Positions 13,640 to 25,752 of a stretch of DNA of 64,000 nt are shown one piece after another. Made by a program: the position numbers and the translations under genes. The stretch lies in NCBI GenBank assembly GCA_964252035.1, contig OZ176205.1, one strand, 5' to 3'. The notes beneath the pieces are model-generated. The model saw nothing but the letters and a program-made list of their open reading frames with translations. It was not told the DNA's origin and made no database searches. The stretch comes from Podarcis erhardii. Its lineage: Eukaryota. The first letter of the stretch is position 1, and every line of letters starts with the position of its first letter.

Positions 13640-13875
13640 CTTTTTCTATTTTTAGACACCAACTAAAGCCTTTTTCAAAAATCAGCTGGCTTTCAACACA
13701 TGGTCTGCTATTTTAATAACTTGCTATGGTCTGCTGCTTTTAGATTGTTACTATAATTGACGTATAAGTACTTCCATTTTATTGGTTTTTTTTGGTATGA
13801 CTTCTATATCAAATTGTATGTGTGTGTGTGTTATTATAAGCCATTTGGTTGTTTTATTGAAAAGCTGGGTAAATT
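13640..13875 (+). mobile_element. L2-type 3' tail
   Basis: Runs from ttttagacaccaactaaagcc through a T-rich body to ataagccatttgg...gaaaagctgggtaaat. Confidence 0.45.
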
Positions 13876-14999
13876 CTTTTTAAACGTTATATACTTCAGC
13901 AAATAAACATATCTAGGTGATTCAGTCCTAGCAAATTTCCAGGGAACATGTTTTCACTCCAAGGAAACTATTCATTCCAATTGGAAGCAAGGGGTAATTC
14001 CTGACAGCATAATATCTATTTATTTAACAAACAGAATTTGTATACTGCGTAACATATGCAACTGTTTTGAGTTGCAATAGTAGTTATACAAATATGCATT
14101 CCTTTCCAGGTTGCGCAAAGATTCCACAGGATTCCACAAAGCATGTAAACTGATGTACAAGCTAACCTATGTTGAAGACCAGTTGTTTATCAGAGAATAG
14201 AGTGCATGTTCACTCTTATAAATTTCAAAAACTGATTAATGCAATGCTCTGTTGCTCAGTGCTATCTGTTCACTCACCCCTTTCTTAGTTCTCAAATTAT
14301 TCAGCTCATTTAATCTATTCCACTTGTTGCTATAATTTAATTCTTAATTTAAACTTGACTTCTTATTGCTTTCTATTTAAATGTTATCTATTGAATTTCA
14401 AAAGTTTAATTATCTCTGTCCTACTCATGTAGCCGTTCATCCCCTTCTCTTCCCTTTCTTGCTTTTTTTGGTTCCTCCATTTCCCAACTGTACCATTTTT
14501 TCTTGGTTGTTCTCTTCTTTTTGTTGTGCTTTACCCCTTTACCTATTCCACTCAACTGTTGGTGTATTTAGATGTCCAATTAAAACTTCACCAATTTTCT
14601 TTAACTGATCTCACACCTTTATCATTTCCCGTCACGAATCTTTTTCCTTTATATGTCTTGTCTTAGAATTGTAAGCCTGCATCTTTTCATTTTGTTTTAT
14701 ATACAAATAGTTTATATAGGTGCTTTAGAAATAATAGGATAATGCTGCTTGCCTGTTCACAGCAGGTGATGAACATGATGCAAAACCGAGTGGTGTTGGT
14801 TTGCTATAGTTGCTTTTTTATTGACATCAGGAGTAAACTGGTAGAAAGCAAGCACTGCTGCAGAAAGAAGCATTAAGTGTGAGATTATTTGGCTTAACAA
14901 AGTCTTATAAAGGTAGCATGAATCTAGCTAAATATGAAGTGCTGGAAAATCCCTAACTAGAGGAAAACTTTTCAAACTGAGAGATCAAGTAACCATGGC

Positions 15000-15162
15000 A
15001 GTTCATTGAGTAGATAGAATATGGTCTATCTGACAGGCAGGAGCTCTTGCAGGATTTCAAGTAGTAGCCTTTCTCAGTCCTGTTACCTGCGTTTTTAAAT
15101 AGACACCAGTGATTGAACCTTCAGCATTCAAAGCATAAGATCTACACTAAACTATGCCCCAT
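15000..15162 (-). mobile_element. Squam3-like SINE, degenerate
   Basis: Contains the inverted head (gattgaaccttcagcattcaaagcataagatctacactaaactatgcccc). Confidence 0.5.
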
Positions 15163-16379
15163 TAATGGATTGCTAACTTCTGTGTTATTTTGCACTACTC
15201 ATTCAACAGGATGTTTGAATCCTTTAGGAAGCCATTGGCTCCAATCTGCTGCCCCACATTTACACCTGCTAGCCTACATTTCTCCTCAAACCCTAATCTA
15301 TTTGGAAATTCCCGCATTTGCTTTCTAGCTATTATTTTTATTTGTCTCAGCTTTTTAGGGATCTCATTTTGCTGAGATGCAGGTAAGTAGTTTGTCTCCC
15401 TCCCTACGGAGAATCTTACTTTTATTATCTATCTTTGGGGTCACCTTTGTTCTCCTCATTGCACCACAATTCTACTTTTTCAATCAGGCTGCTGCTGCTG
15501 CTGTTTCTCTGTGTTTATTAAGGGACTTACAGGCCACGTCCAAAACAGCCCTTATTTTGCAGGATACCTGCAGTTGGCAGCAGAGCATAAGGTTATTTAT
15601 CGTTTTAGGAAGAGAATACATCCAAGCCCCAGGAAGAGATGTCTTGAAAGACATTTTCCCCTACCCTTCTACAGCTCCATTTTGTATATTTAGGCTCTGC
15701 CCTACAGCTTCCCCACCCCACCCCACCCCACCCCTCGAGAGGACCCAAACTAGCATTTTGCAGGACGGAAGTTCCGCTGGCATGCCTTGCCGCCTCCTTA
15801 ACCCTCTCCTACTCTTGCTTTAGCTGGGGGAGCCGCAGCTGTTGCTTTGCCGCACAGGATCAGGTACAAACAAGACTAACCACCCGCTCCCTTTAGCATG
15901 TCATGTGGGGATTACGGGGAATCCCAGGGAAAATTTCCATTGAGCGGTGGGGAAGGGAAGCGTGCCCTGACCCCAACATGCTGCGCTTCAGCTTCCCAGG
16001 ACAGCCTCTCGGTGCCTGTGGGATTGTCAACCCTTTGCCCGCCTCCCTACCCCCATCCCCCCGGTCAAAGGCGAGTTAACTTTTCCACGGTACCCACCTT
16101 TGGGTTGGGTGGGGAAGCGAGGCTGCCTGCAAGCAGCGATGTGCTCTTCGCAAAAGCTTTATCTGGCCCCGGTCACCCACGGATGCCATTGGCATTTTGC
16201 ACAAGCCTACACGCATTGCCGCATTCGGACGAGAATTTTTCCTCCTAGCGGCTAGCGTCTCAATCAGCCTACAATAGGTAGGATGTGCTACGACTGGTCC
16301 CTTCTCCTCCCTTCCTGACTTCCTTCCCTTCCCTCTTTCCCAGTGTCTGGGATTCCAGTCCATACCTTTATTATTCTGC

Positions 16380-17010
16380 CCCCCGACCCTTCCTAATCTC
16401 TGCAGAGGACGCTGGTCCTCCCACGCTATTCCTCAATTGGCTACAGAGGATATCTAACGCCCCGCCTAGAGTTAAAGGGGGGAGCGGGGAGAACCGGAGA
16501 GGGAAAATAAAAGGATGCGGCCCCACTGATTGGACGGCCCTCGCCCCCCTCCGCTCCTCGCGTCACATGATTGGACAGCTGAGGGCCTCCGTCTTTGGTA
16601 CGCTTGAGTGGAGGACCCTCCTTGCCTCTGATTGGGCGGCAGGGAGCCCCCCGCGCTCCCGCAGTCGCTGAGCGCTTTGTGGAGAATGCCCCTCGCCTTT
16701 CTCCATTGGCCATCGGAAGTCCCGCCTTGTTGTGCGATTGGTGACCGACGCCCCCCCCTCCTGCCCCTGAGGCCGGCTAGTACTGCCGCCGCTGCCCGGC
16801 CCGGCATGGCGGGCGGCGGGGCAGCCAGAACCCGAACCCGGAGGAAGGGCGGCCGGGATCCCCCTGATGCTCTGGTGAGGAGATGGGAGGCGGAGGGAGG
16901 CGGTATCCGTTCTGGGGTAGTGGTGGTGGTGCAGGAGGAGGAGGAGGAAGAAGCGAGCGAGCGAGCGAGTGCTTCAGTTCTGCATCCAATGTGTTTTCTT
17001 TGCCCAGGTC
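16380..17010. promoter_or_regulatory. CpG island / ST3GAL3 promoter with six CCAAT boxes, GC boxes and an ETS site
   Basis: GC and CpG content rise sharply. ATTGG occurs at 16436, 16529, 16570, 16631, 16705 and 16737. GGGCGG is at 16634, CCCGCC near 16721, and CGGAAGT at 16714. It lies about 6 kb upstream of the first coding exon. Confidence 0.85.
16760..16874 (+). other. ST3GAL3: putative ST3GAL3 non-coding exon 1
   Basis: GC-rich segment just downstream of the CCAAT cluster, ending at the best local donor CTG|gtgagg (16874/16875). The TSS and this donor are inferred, not proven. Confidence 0.45.
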
Positions 17011-19653
17011 AACCTCTCGCCCCGCAGTGATTTTTTCTTATTTACGTCCCTCCCGTCCTGCTCCTCTTTTTCTTCCTCCTCCTCCACCACCTCACGTGGA
17101 CCCTGCCTTGCCAGGAATCTTCTCTTGAGAGTGAGGAAATGAGGGATCCCATGAGACTTCAGGGATTTCCTCTCTTGCTTCCTTTCTCACTCTCAAAAGA
17201 AGACCCATTAAAGTACATCCCATGTGTGGCCAGAACCTCCTTTTTTCACCAGAGGAGCGCCTCGCCTCCCATCTTTCCCCTTCCCATCAAACATACAGCC
17301 TCAGGCTCGCCATCTAAGCAACTCCCTTTGGGTCACCCACCGAGCACTGTACTGCGATTTCAGAATCTTCCTGTCTTGGTTTTAGCTCCTGAATGGGATC
17401 TAGTACTTGTATGGGTGGATGATCACACGACTGGGCTCGGTAGGGAGACAATCGGTCTTTGAGTGTTACCTCAGGACTCTTCCCAGAAAGGCGATTGTAT
17501 CTCGCCAGCTAATATGTGTTCCTCTGTGCCAACATTTTCTGTGTAGCAGTGAATGGAAGATGAGAGGTCATGAGGGAGGAAGAAAAAAGCAAGAATGATG
17601 ATTAAATCTGGGGTGTGCCTATTTTTTCGCCTTATGGTTATTTCATATGTGATTGCACTTTATGGGTTAACTGTTCACCCATGTGACTGTTCACATGCTA
17701 GTTAATTTCCAAATAAATTCTCCAACTGCATTATTCATTCAGTGACCCAAAGGGAAAGGTCAACAAAACGCTGACTGTAACTGTAACACAAGCCTTTTTT
17801 AGTTAGAATGCAGAGGAAACCTTGAAGGGCTCTATTCAGAAATGCATCTCCATTTGCCAAAACTACCTTTATAACCTTTGTAGGCTAACGACAGAGCTCC
17901 TTTAAAAAATGAACCCTTTGGATCCTGCCATATGTTGCATTGGCAATATTTATGTAGAAAGTAGCTGGAGAATTTGCTGATAAGAGAAATCAATAACACC
18001 TGACCAGAGTACTCACTGACCAAAGGTATTTAGGAAATCTGTTCCATTCCTGATTAGGAGTCTAGTGTTCTCTGAAGTACTTGAACATTTTACTTAATGT
18101 ACTAGTTTAAATGTGCAGGGAGGTTTTGGGATTTTTGTAAGAAAATGGAGAAACATTTAATGTGAACACTTATCCTAAAGAATAATTCCTGAGAACAGAA
18201 GGAGATGAATGAAAAACTTTCCTTTCAGGAAGGAATTTGATCTAAAAACCTATGGTCAGCGAACCTTCTATAACTTGAAACTAAAGTGCTGGTGGTTACC
18301 TTTAAAATCCCAAATGGCTTGAGACCTGAGCACCAGAAGGAATTCTTTCTTGTATTTGAGACTGTCCAGATACAGAGTCCCTCTTCTGCCACCATCTAAA
18401 TTATTATAGTTTTATTATTGTTAGAAGGTTTCTTGGGAGTTGTCAAATGGAAATTTGACATATAAATATTTTAATTTTATAAATAAACCCATGCATTCCC
18501 TGTTTTGCAATCCTGTTAGAGTAAAGGTCTGAAGACCCAGAAAAATGTATATGTATGTGTGGCGGGGAGAAGAATCTGTCTATCTACATGTTCACATGTA
18601 TACTTGTTAGATTTATGAAATGCATTCTATGGTTATTATTAAAAAAATGGTCACACATGTACTCCATGTAATTATAACTTGCTTGTTGAGATGTGGTACA
18701 GAAAATAGTTCTTAGGGTGTGCAAAACAGTTAAAGTTTACATCTCTGTACCAGTGCAAATCTAGTGCACTTTCTCTGAGTGTGAAAAAGGCAAGTCTATG
18801 CATGTGTACTCGGAAGCATATTCTATTGAGTTCAATTGGAATTTCTCTCAGGAAAGTATGTGTAGGATTGCAGCTTGACTTATGCATACATTTAGTATGG
18901 GAACTTACCAGGCAATGAGATGAGGTAATCAAGAGGTCAGAAGTGGGATTCCATCAGTGTGCATTTGCTGGGTTGTTGTTTGTCCCACTGTACATAACAT
19001 TGATCTTTAGTTGAATCTCTTCAACAATTATTTTATCTAGTCTAGTAGAGATCTTCATGGAGCTCTTCACAATTTGTGTGGGATTTTGTTAAAGATTTGG
19101 TGACAGTTGTATATTTGACTATTTTACTGTTGTGATTTCAGGCCATTTTTAAAAAACAAGTTACATTGGACTAGTCCCAATATTGACCTTTGTGCTTTAA
19201 TGCTAAGAGCAGTGCCCAAACCAGTCAGAACAGACAAAAGAGATGGCCTTGAGTTCAACTTAAGAGGCCTGGACTTACAGCTATATTTAAAAAAAGTTTT
19301 GAATAAATTTCTTCCAACTTTATTATTGTTCTCCTTGGTGCTTTTGTGTGATGAGGGTAAGTCTAAATCTCAAGATACTTTCATCATTCCTTTAAGGAAT
19401 TTGTTTTGATCATGTATTAGCTTTTCTACTCTCAAGGGGTAGAGCATTTATTATGGGCTAAAGCTCATGTGTGTGAGTCCTTCAGCCTGACACAATTTTG
19501 CTAGTAATATCAAAACAAGGATGGTGAGAACATGAGTCACTCTTACAACTCACTCATATGTATCTTTACTTGGAAGTAAGTCCTATAATGTGGATTATTC
19601 CCTAAGTGTGCCTAGAAATTTAGTATTAATGGAGCAAAGTGTGGTGTATTAAT

Positions 19654-19932
19654 GGAGAGCCAGTGTGGTGTAGTGTGGTTAAGAGCGGTAGTCTCATAAT
19701 CTGGGGACCCGGGTTTGCGTCTCTGCTCCTCCACATGCAGCTGCTGGGTGACCTTGGGCCAGTCACACTTCTCTGAAGTCTCTCAGCCCCACTCACCTCA
19801 CAGAGTGTTTGTTGTGGGGGAGGAAGGGAAAGGAGAATGTTAGCCGCTTTGAGACACCTTCGGGTAGTGATAAAAGTGGGATATCAAATCCAAACTACTA
19901 CTACTACTCTTCTTCTTCTTCTTCTTCTTCTT
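19654..19932 (+). mobile_element. tRNA-derived SINE (Squam2-like)
   Basis: Head GGAGAGCCAGTGTGGTGTAGTG and a (CTA)n(CTT)n tail. It is near-identical to the inverted copy at 39574-39826. Confidence 0.88.
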
Positions 19933-22071
19933 CAAAGAGATGTGAGTAACTTTTCCTAATCCAGACGAAATAGTTATGCAAGAAATGTGCTCTAGTCAGC
20001 TGGAACTTGTTTCTGTGAAGCAGGCCTTTTTCTGCTGTATATTGGAAGAGGCCAAGACTTTGACTTTCCTGCATAGCACAGTGCCAAGCTTCCTGCACTT
20101 TGCCCCTCCTCCCTTCATTAAGTGCAGGTGATGTGCTCTGTTCACGGGCCACTACTGCATTCTGTTTGCATAATGACCAGCCAGATGCCTATGGAAAGCC
20201 CAGGTCTGGATGTAATGCCAAACCATGGTTTGGTGTAATGTTTCAATCAGCTTTAGGCTGAAGTCCTATACACATTTATCTTGGAATCAGTCTCATTGAA
20301 CGTACTGAGGGTTAGTTCTGAGTATAAGATTTCAAATATAGGATTTCACTCCATTTCAGATTGGTCTGTTTTGTGTTTTATTTTATGTAGTGGCATTTTC
20401 TTTTTCAGCTGAATGGTCAAGGAAACAAAGAGAATAATTTTTGAATCATATATCTAATTTTTGTTTAAACCCACTAGTAAATTTTGTGGTGCAATAATGT
20501 GAAGAATAACACATTTGTTTGTGCCAGTTTTGGTAGCATACAATACTTTGGTTACTGCTCCGGGGAGATTTTTATTGGAAGAGCTCTAGCAATCAGAATT
20601 GAATGTTCTTGCCTTAAGCAACTCTGCCCTTTGTTATTAAATGCTGAATTTGCCTTATAATTAGAAGATGCAGGACTCTCTTTGAGCAATGCCACTGTTG
20701 AAGTTTAAGCTCCACCCCTCCTCCTGAATGTTACAGTTACAGAGGAGGCTGTTAGATTTCTTCCTGACTTTTCTAAATGTGATTCTAGAGCTCCAGCTGG
20801 CTGTCAGATGGGATTTCTGAAACATCTTTCTCTTCACAACAAACTGGTGGGAAGGAAGTGAACAAGCAGTGCAACAGCGGGGTGCATACAGTACATAGAG
20901 GTGTTCAAGGCATGAGCTTTCCTGGTCTATTATTCATATAGGATACTGGAGCATAGGGGGTCTGCTTTGAAATAGGCAGGGGTCTCTGGACTACTTGAGG
21001 GGGCCTTCAGCATTCATCATTCATGTCTTGTAATGTTATATGTGAGGAATGTGGGTGGAAGTTCTTTGTGTTTGTCTCTTGCAGTCTGTTTGAAGCAGGT
21101 GTCCTGAAATGGGATTTGGAAAATGTACAGGGTATCAGATAATTGGAAATAGTGGCCAGACATCAAATGCTGGCAGAATACTGAAGTTTGTACTAGCCTT
21201 CAAGCCAGCTTCTGTTTCTTTTTTTCAGAGTTTCTGTATATGGCCAGTTCTTGGTATGCTAGTACAGTACTTATTTTCTTTAGTTGCTGAAAGTCAAGAG
21301 GAGCTCTGTCATTTAATTTCCAAATCGTTTGCTCATTCTTGCTTTGTAAGTGATCTGATAAATATATACTAAACGTGAGTCCATCACTTGTTGAGAAAAT
21401 CTTTGCACATGCAAAGTTAATAAACCTTCTATGAGAGATGGTTAATTTTATCTCTTTTCCACATGGAAACTAAATCTGACATGATGAAGATACCAAGTAC
21501 CTAGTGGCTTTAAGAAATATATGGTGCTACATTGGTTGAATTAAAATGTTAGTCAAAACCATGGTTTGGAAGACTGGGAACAAGCCACGGGCCTTGAGTC
21601 CTCTCTTCTCATTCCTTGCTTTCCTCATTCATGTGTACAGATTATGGACAGCGGATTAGTATTTTTCCATTTAGAATTATCACTATTCTTATTACTATTG
21701 AGAGATGAGCAATTATTTCCCAAATTTTTGGCTTCAGTATGGGATAGATTCTAATTAAGGCATATGCCAAGTTGCTATTATGCCCATAGTTTTTTAGACA
21801 GTTGTAGAAAATGCAGGTCTTGTTAGCATCTACTCTGCCACATCTACATTGACTGCTGTAGCCAAGGACATACATCTCATTTAATCTTAAAATACCAATG
21901 GTTCTCGGCTGTGTAGAAGCTTTGTCTCAGAATCAAGTATTATTTTGGGGAAAATGTTGCTATAACCCTGTATTGCATTGCATTGCATTATGGTGTTGAA
22001 AGAGTCATGGGCTATATTACTGAGGGTAGATAGCTATTAGAAAGTTTAAATGAATGTAAATGGTACTTTTA

Positions 22072-22430
22072 CGGGACGCGGGTGGCGCTGTGGGTAAAAC
22101 CTCAGCGCCTAGGACTTGCCGATCGCATGGTCGGCGGTTCGAATCCCCGCGGTGGGGTGCGCTCCCGTCGTTCGGTCCCAGCGTCTGTCAACCTAGCAGT
22201 TCAAAAGCACCTCCGGGTGCAAGTAGATAAATAGGGACCGCCTACCAGCGGGAAGGTAAAGGGTGTTCCATGTGCTGCGCTGGCTCGCCAGATGCAGCTT
22301 GTCATTCTGGCCACGTGACCTGGAAGTGTCTGCGGACAGCGCTGGCTCCCGGCCTATAGAGTGAGATGTGCGCACAACCCTAGAGTGTGGCAAGACTGGC
22401 CCGTATGGGCAGGGGTACCTTTACCTTTAC
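22072..22430 (+). mobile_element. Sauria SINE (Squam1-type), full length
   Basis: tRNA-like head GGGACGCGGGTGGCGCTGTGG...GGTTCGAATCC and an (ACCTTT)n tail. A 15-bp TSD TAAATGGTACTTTTA lies at 22057-22071 and 22431-22445. Confidence 0.93.
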
Positions 22431-23033
22431 TAAATGGTACTTTTAAGATTTGTGCGAATTAAAGCCAGCAAGTTCTTGGGAAAATAATTTCATATACTCA
22501 ATATTTTTAATTTTATTCTATTTAAATTAATTATTTTATGCCATTTATTTAGTATAGCTTGTTCTGAGTTTTTATAATTGAGGTCATGTGTTATAGAGCA
22601 GTGGATTTTCTAAACATAGTGATCTAGGAATGAGTTGGCTTCCTATGGACTCTGATAGCATCTAAGAATAGCATTTATAGACCAATGCTTGGAGGAGCAA
22701 CCCCTGATTTATTTATTTATTTCTCGCATACAGACAGTTACTCAGAATTTTTTCCTGTTGTTAGCTGTTTTTTCACAGACCGTTACTCAGAAATGTATCA
22801 GGTTCATTTAAATGGAACTTAATTCCATGCAAGAGACATAAAATTGTGATGTTGCTGTTGCTGATAAGAGTGCCTACATAATATGCATGTTAGGAAGGGA
22901 ACAGATGTGCTGCTTGATATTTTATGTCTGTGTGTATTAGGTTGCAGAGGGTTCAGCAAACAAACTAGAAAATGCAAGGCTCAAACTGGTTTCTTTCCCC
23001 CAGGTATTATAAAAGAGACAACCCTATATGAAG

Positions 23034-23148
23034 ATGGGACTGCTGGTGTACATGCGTAACCTGCTACTAGCCCTCTGTCTCTTTCTGGTGCTGGGCTTTC
23101 TCTATTATTCAGCTTGGAAACTGCATCTTCTTCAATGGGAGGATTCAA
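23034..23148 (+). CDS. ST3GAL3: ST3GAL3 first coding exon (exon 23004-23148), cytoplasmic tail and transmembrane anchor
   Basis: Translates as MGLLVYMRNLLLALCLFLVLGFLYYSAWKLHLLQWEDS, nearly identical to the mammalian ST3GAL3 N-terminus as I recall it. Acceptor tttcccccag|G at 23003/23004 is 30 nt before the ATG. Donor A|gtaagt at 23148/23149 is phase 1. An extra in-frame ATG at 23028 has weak Kozak context; the ATG at 23034 (aagATGg) is strong. Confidence 0.97.
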
Positions 23149-25699
23149 GTAAGTATGTTGCTCAGGCCATTTAAGAGCCTCCATAGATGTATGGCTAAGT
23201 AATCTTTCATAGATTTCAGGTCTGCCTGCTGTGGAGCAGCCTAGAACATGTCCAAACAATTGTTTGATCCTTTCCTGTGCTGTAGAGATCAAATGTATCT
23301 TCCTCTTAATGTTGTTATTCCCTAGATCAATTAATTGGAAAATTATAAAATGAACTGTAGATTCCTGTTGCATTTACATAGGTATTTTGTCTATAGATGT
23401 GATAGTTATTTATGTTACTACTGTTGGGTGAGCCACTGAGACTTGTGTGAAGATTTATTACTATTGTTATTACGGTGGTGGTGATGGCTCTTTATTTCTT
23501 TATCTTTTATACAAGCAGAAGCATGTTGTTTCCATTTATTTTCTTTATCCTCCATTAGATATGACTTACTGGTAAAGGCATTCATTTTGGGGGATGGTTT
23601 TGTCCTGGTTCTGCAACGGATCTGTATGTTTTCATTGTGTCCAGTACATACCAGGACACAACTGAATGAAGAATCCAACACATATACAAAATGCAGTCAT
23701 TGTGCTGGTATTTGCACAGAGTGAGATGCAACTTCAACACCTTGCTTACTGGTGTATTTGGGCTTTGGTTACTCAGGTGGAACCAATTCTAGTTGGTTCT
23801 TATTTAAATAGCTGAAGATGATTTGTTTCTCCAGTGCTTTATTAAACAAAAAAAGCAATCCAAATGTTGTTGCTTTCATTATTATTTGGTTCAATCCATG
23901 ATGCAATTGATGGTGTGCAAATTATGAAGGATAATCTGGGGTTCTCCTTAGTTTGGGCACACTTCTCCTTTCTATCTCTTATTGGCTCCTTCCTGACATT
24001 TTAAACATCTTTTGACAGGGTGAAACTACAAGTTCCCTGCTTCTCTTCCACATAAGTCTTCCTGCTATATGCATGTTATTGGATATTCATTTTAGTTTTT
24101 TGCAGCTTGGTTACTATATGAGCAAGCTACCATGGTGTGTTCAGTGTGAAAGGCAGTGTTCAGTGTGACAGGGAAGAGCAAGGCAATTTAAGATAAATCT
24201 GGGGTGATGGGTTTTGCACATCCTGCTGCAGGGGTGGAGAAACTTTTTTGGCTGTGGTGGAATGCTGTCAGCTGCTGCATGCAAACAGTGGTGGTGGTTA
24301 GACACAACCACATATTCTGGTGATGGTGGTAAACACGTACACATGGACACATCCAAACCTACTTGCTAGAATCAGGCTTGGAGTCAATGGGAGGGATTTT
24401 TATCCAAGTCTGAAGGTGGCATGGGGGGCTTTTTCAGCTATAAATGTTAACCCTTCACTTCCCACATTTGATTCCCCCATATGGCCCTGTGTACCACATT
24501 TAGGCTTGGAAAAATATTTGCTGGTTTCAAAGGGAGGTTTGCGGTGCTGGGAATTGAGGGGAGGCTGCAGGCCTGATGGGGAGGTACCATGGGCTGTATT
24601 TGACCCATAGCCTGGCAGTTACCTAATTGTGGCCTGCTTTGTTGTTTTCTATTACCATGTTTCCTGGCAGCACCAAAACAGTTAACTGGGGTGTTTCAGA
24701 GTACCTAAAGTGAATACATTATTCACTCCCAAACCCTCCTAAATTGACCTTTGCATCTGATGTAGTTTAGGAGCTTTTATTATATTTGCAATAAAATGTG
24801 TTGTGTGTTTAGGAAAGGGTTGTGGTAGTGTCTTGATATTTGTTTGTCAATTGGCTTTATTACTGTGGCATACTTATTTCGTTGTTAAGATAACAGTAAA
24901 GTATATTGTTGTAATGGTTGCAAATATTTAACTTCCTGTATATAACCATCTACTACACCTCATTGACTCTTGGAAACCACCATGGTTATTGTGAGATGAG
25001 TCTTTGAGACAGCAGTCTGCTTATTTGCTTTATGGAAGTTAAAAAATGGTAAGTACATCTATAGAAAAATAGGAGTTGAAGTACACTGGAGAACAAATGC
25101 ATTTGAAGTACAGTGGAGTAACATCCCACATCTAATGCATGCTTACTTGGAAAATAGTCCCACTTAGTTCAATGGAACTTAATTCTAGGCATGTAAGGCT
25201 TTGGATTGCAGCCAAAGTATCCTGACAAATGTCATAACTACAATGAGGTCAGCTGGGAAGTAAAATGTAGTAGTACAGTTGGTGTGATGCCTGATCAGTG
25301 TTAAAAATAGTGTCTCTAATAATGCTCTTTAAGCATAGGGTGTGCAGTTATAGTTGGACCATTTGGCTCCAGTAGTGCTCAGCTTGTAGTTCAAACTTTG
25401 AAGGGATAACTTTGTTTGTAAACGAAATAGCCTATTTCTAGGTCATATAGGGTTCCCATATATTTCATGAATCAGCACAACCTAGCCAAACTTAAGTATA
25501 TTGAAATTTTATTTTTATTTACTTATTTAATAAATGTGTATACCTCCCTTCATCCATAGATCTCAGGGCAGTTCACTGCATTTTAGTTCATTCAGTGGGA
25601 GATAATAAAGCACATGCTTCTGAAATAAATTGGAGCTCAATTCTTAACTTTTCCTGGATCGTTTCTAATGTTTTTCTCCTTTGCTTGTAACCACAAATT

Positions 25700-25709
<10 letters not shown>

Positions 25710-25749
<40 letters not shown>
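25710..25749. repeat. (TA)n microsatellite
   Basis: Direct reading of the sequence. Confidence 0.98.

Positions 25750-25752
<3 letters not shown>

Noticed and set aside
1-15000. KDM4A terminal exons, expected from mammalian synteny
   Set aside because: No sequence encoding the KDM4A C-terminal motifs (such as SVASDMRF or YIEPALYRAIME) was found on either strand by eye.
15377-15823. 148-aa hydrophobic ORF
   Set aside because: It begins at a splice-donor-like site, is low-complexity and T-rich, and is not recognisable as a protein.
16076-17462. Multiple 70-130 aa ORFs over the CpG island
   Set aside because: These are Gly/Pro/Arg/Ala-rich products expected from GC-rich DNA in all frames, with no domain signal.
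22073-22150. tRNA genes at the SINE heads (also 19654 and 11485)
   Set aside because: They have A/B-box-like motifs but no cloverleaf, and they continue into SINE bodies with tails.
23149-23193. Donor-extension isoform of exon 2, like the longer human isoform I recall
   Set aside because: The extension reads S-K-Y-V-A-Q-A-I-stop, so it is closed here.
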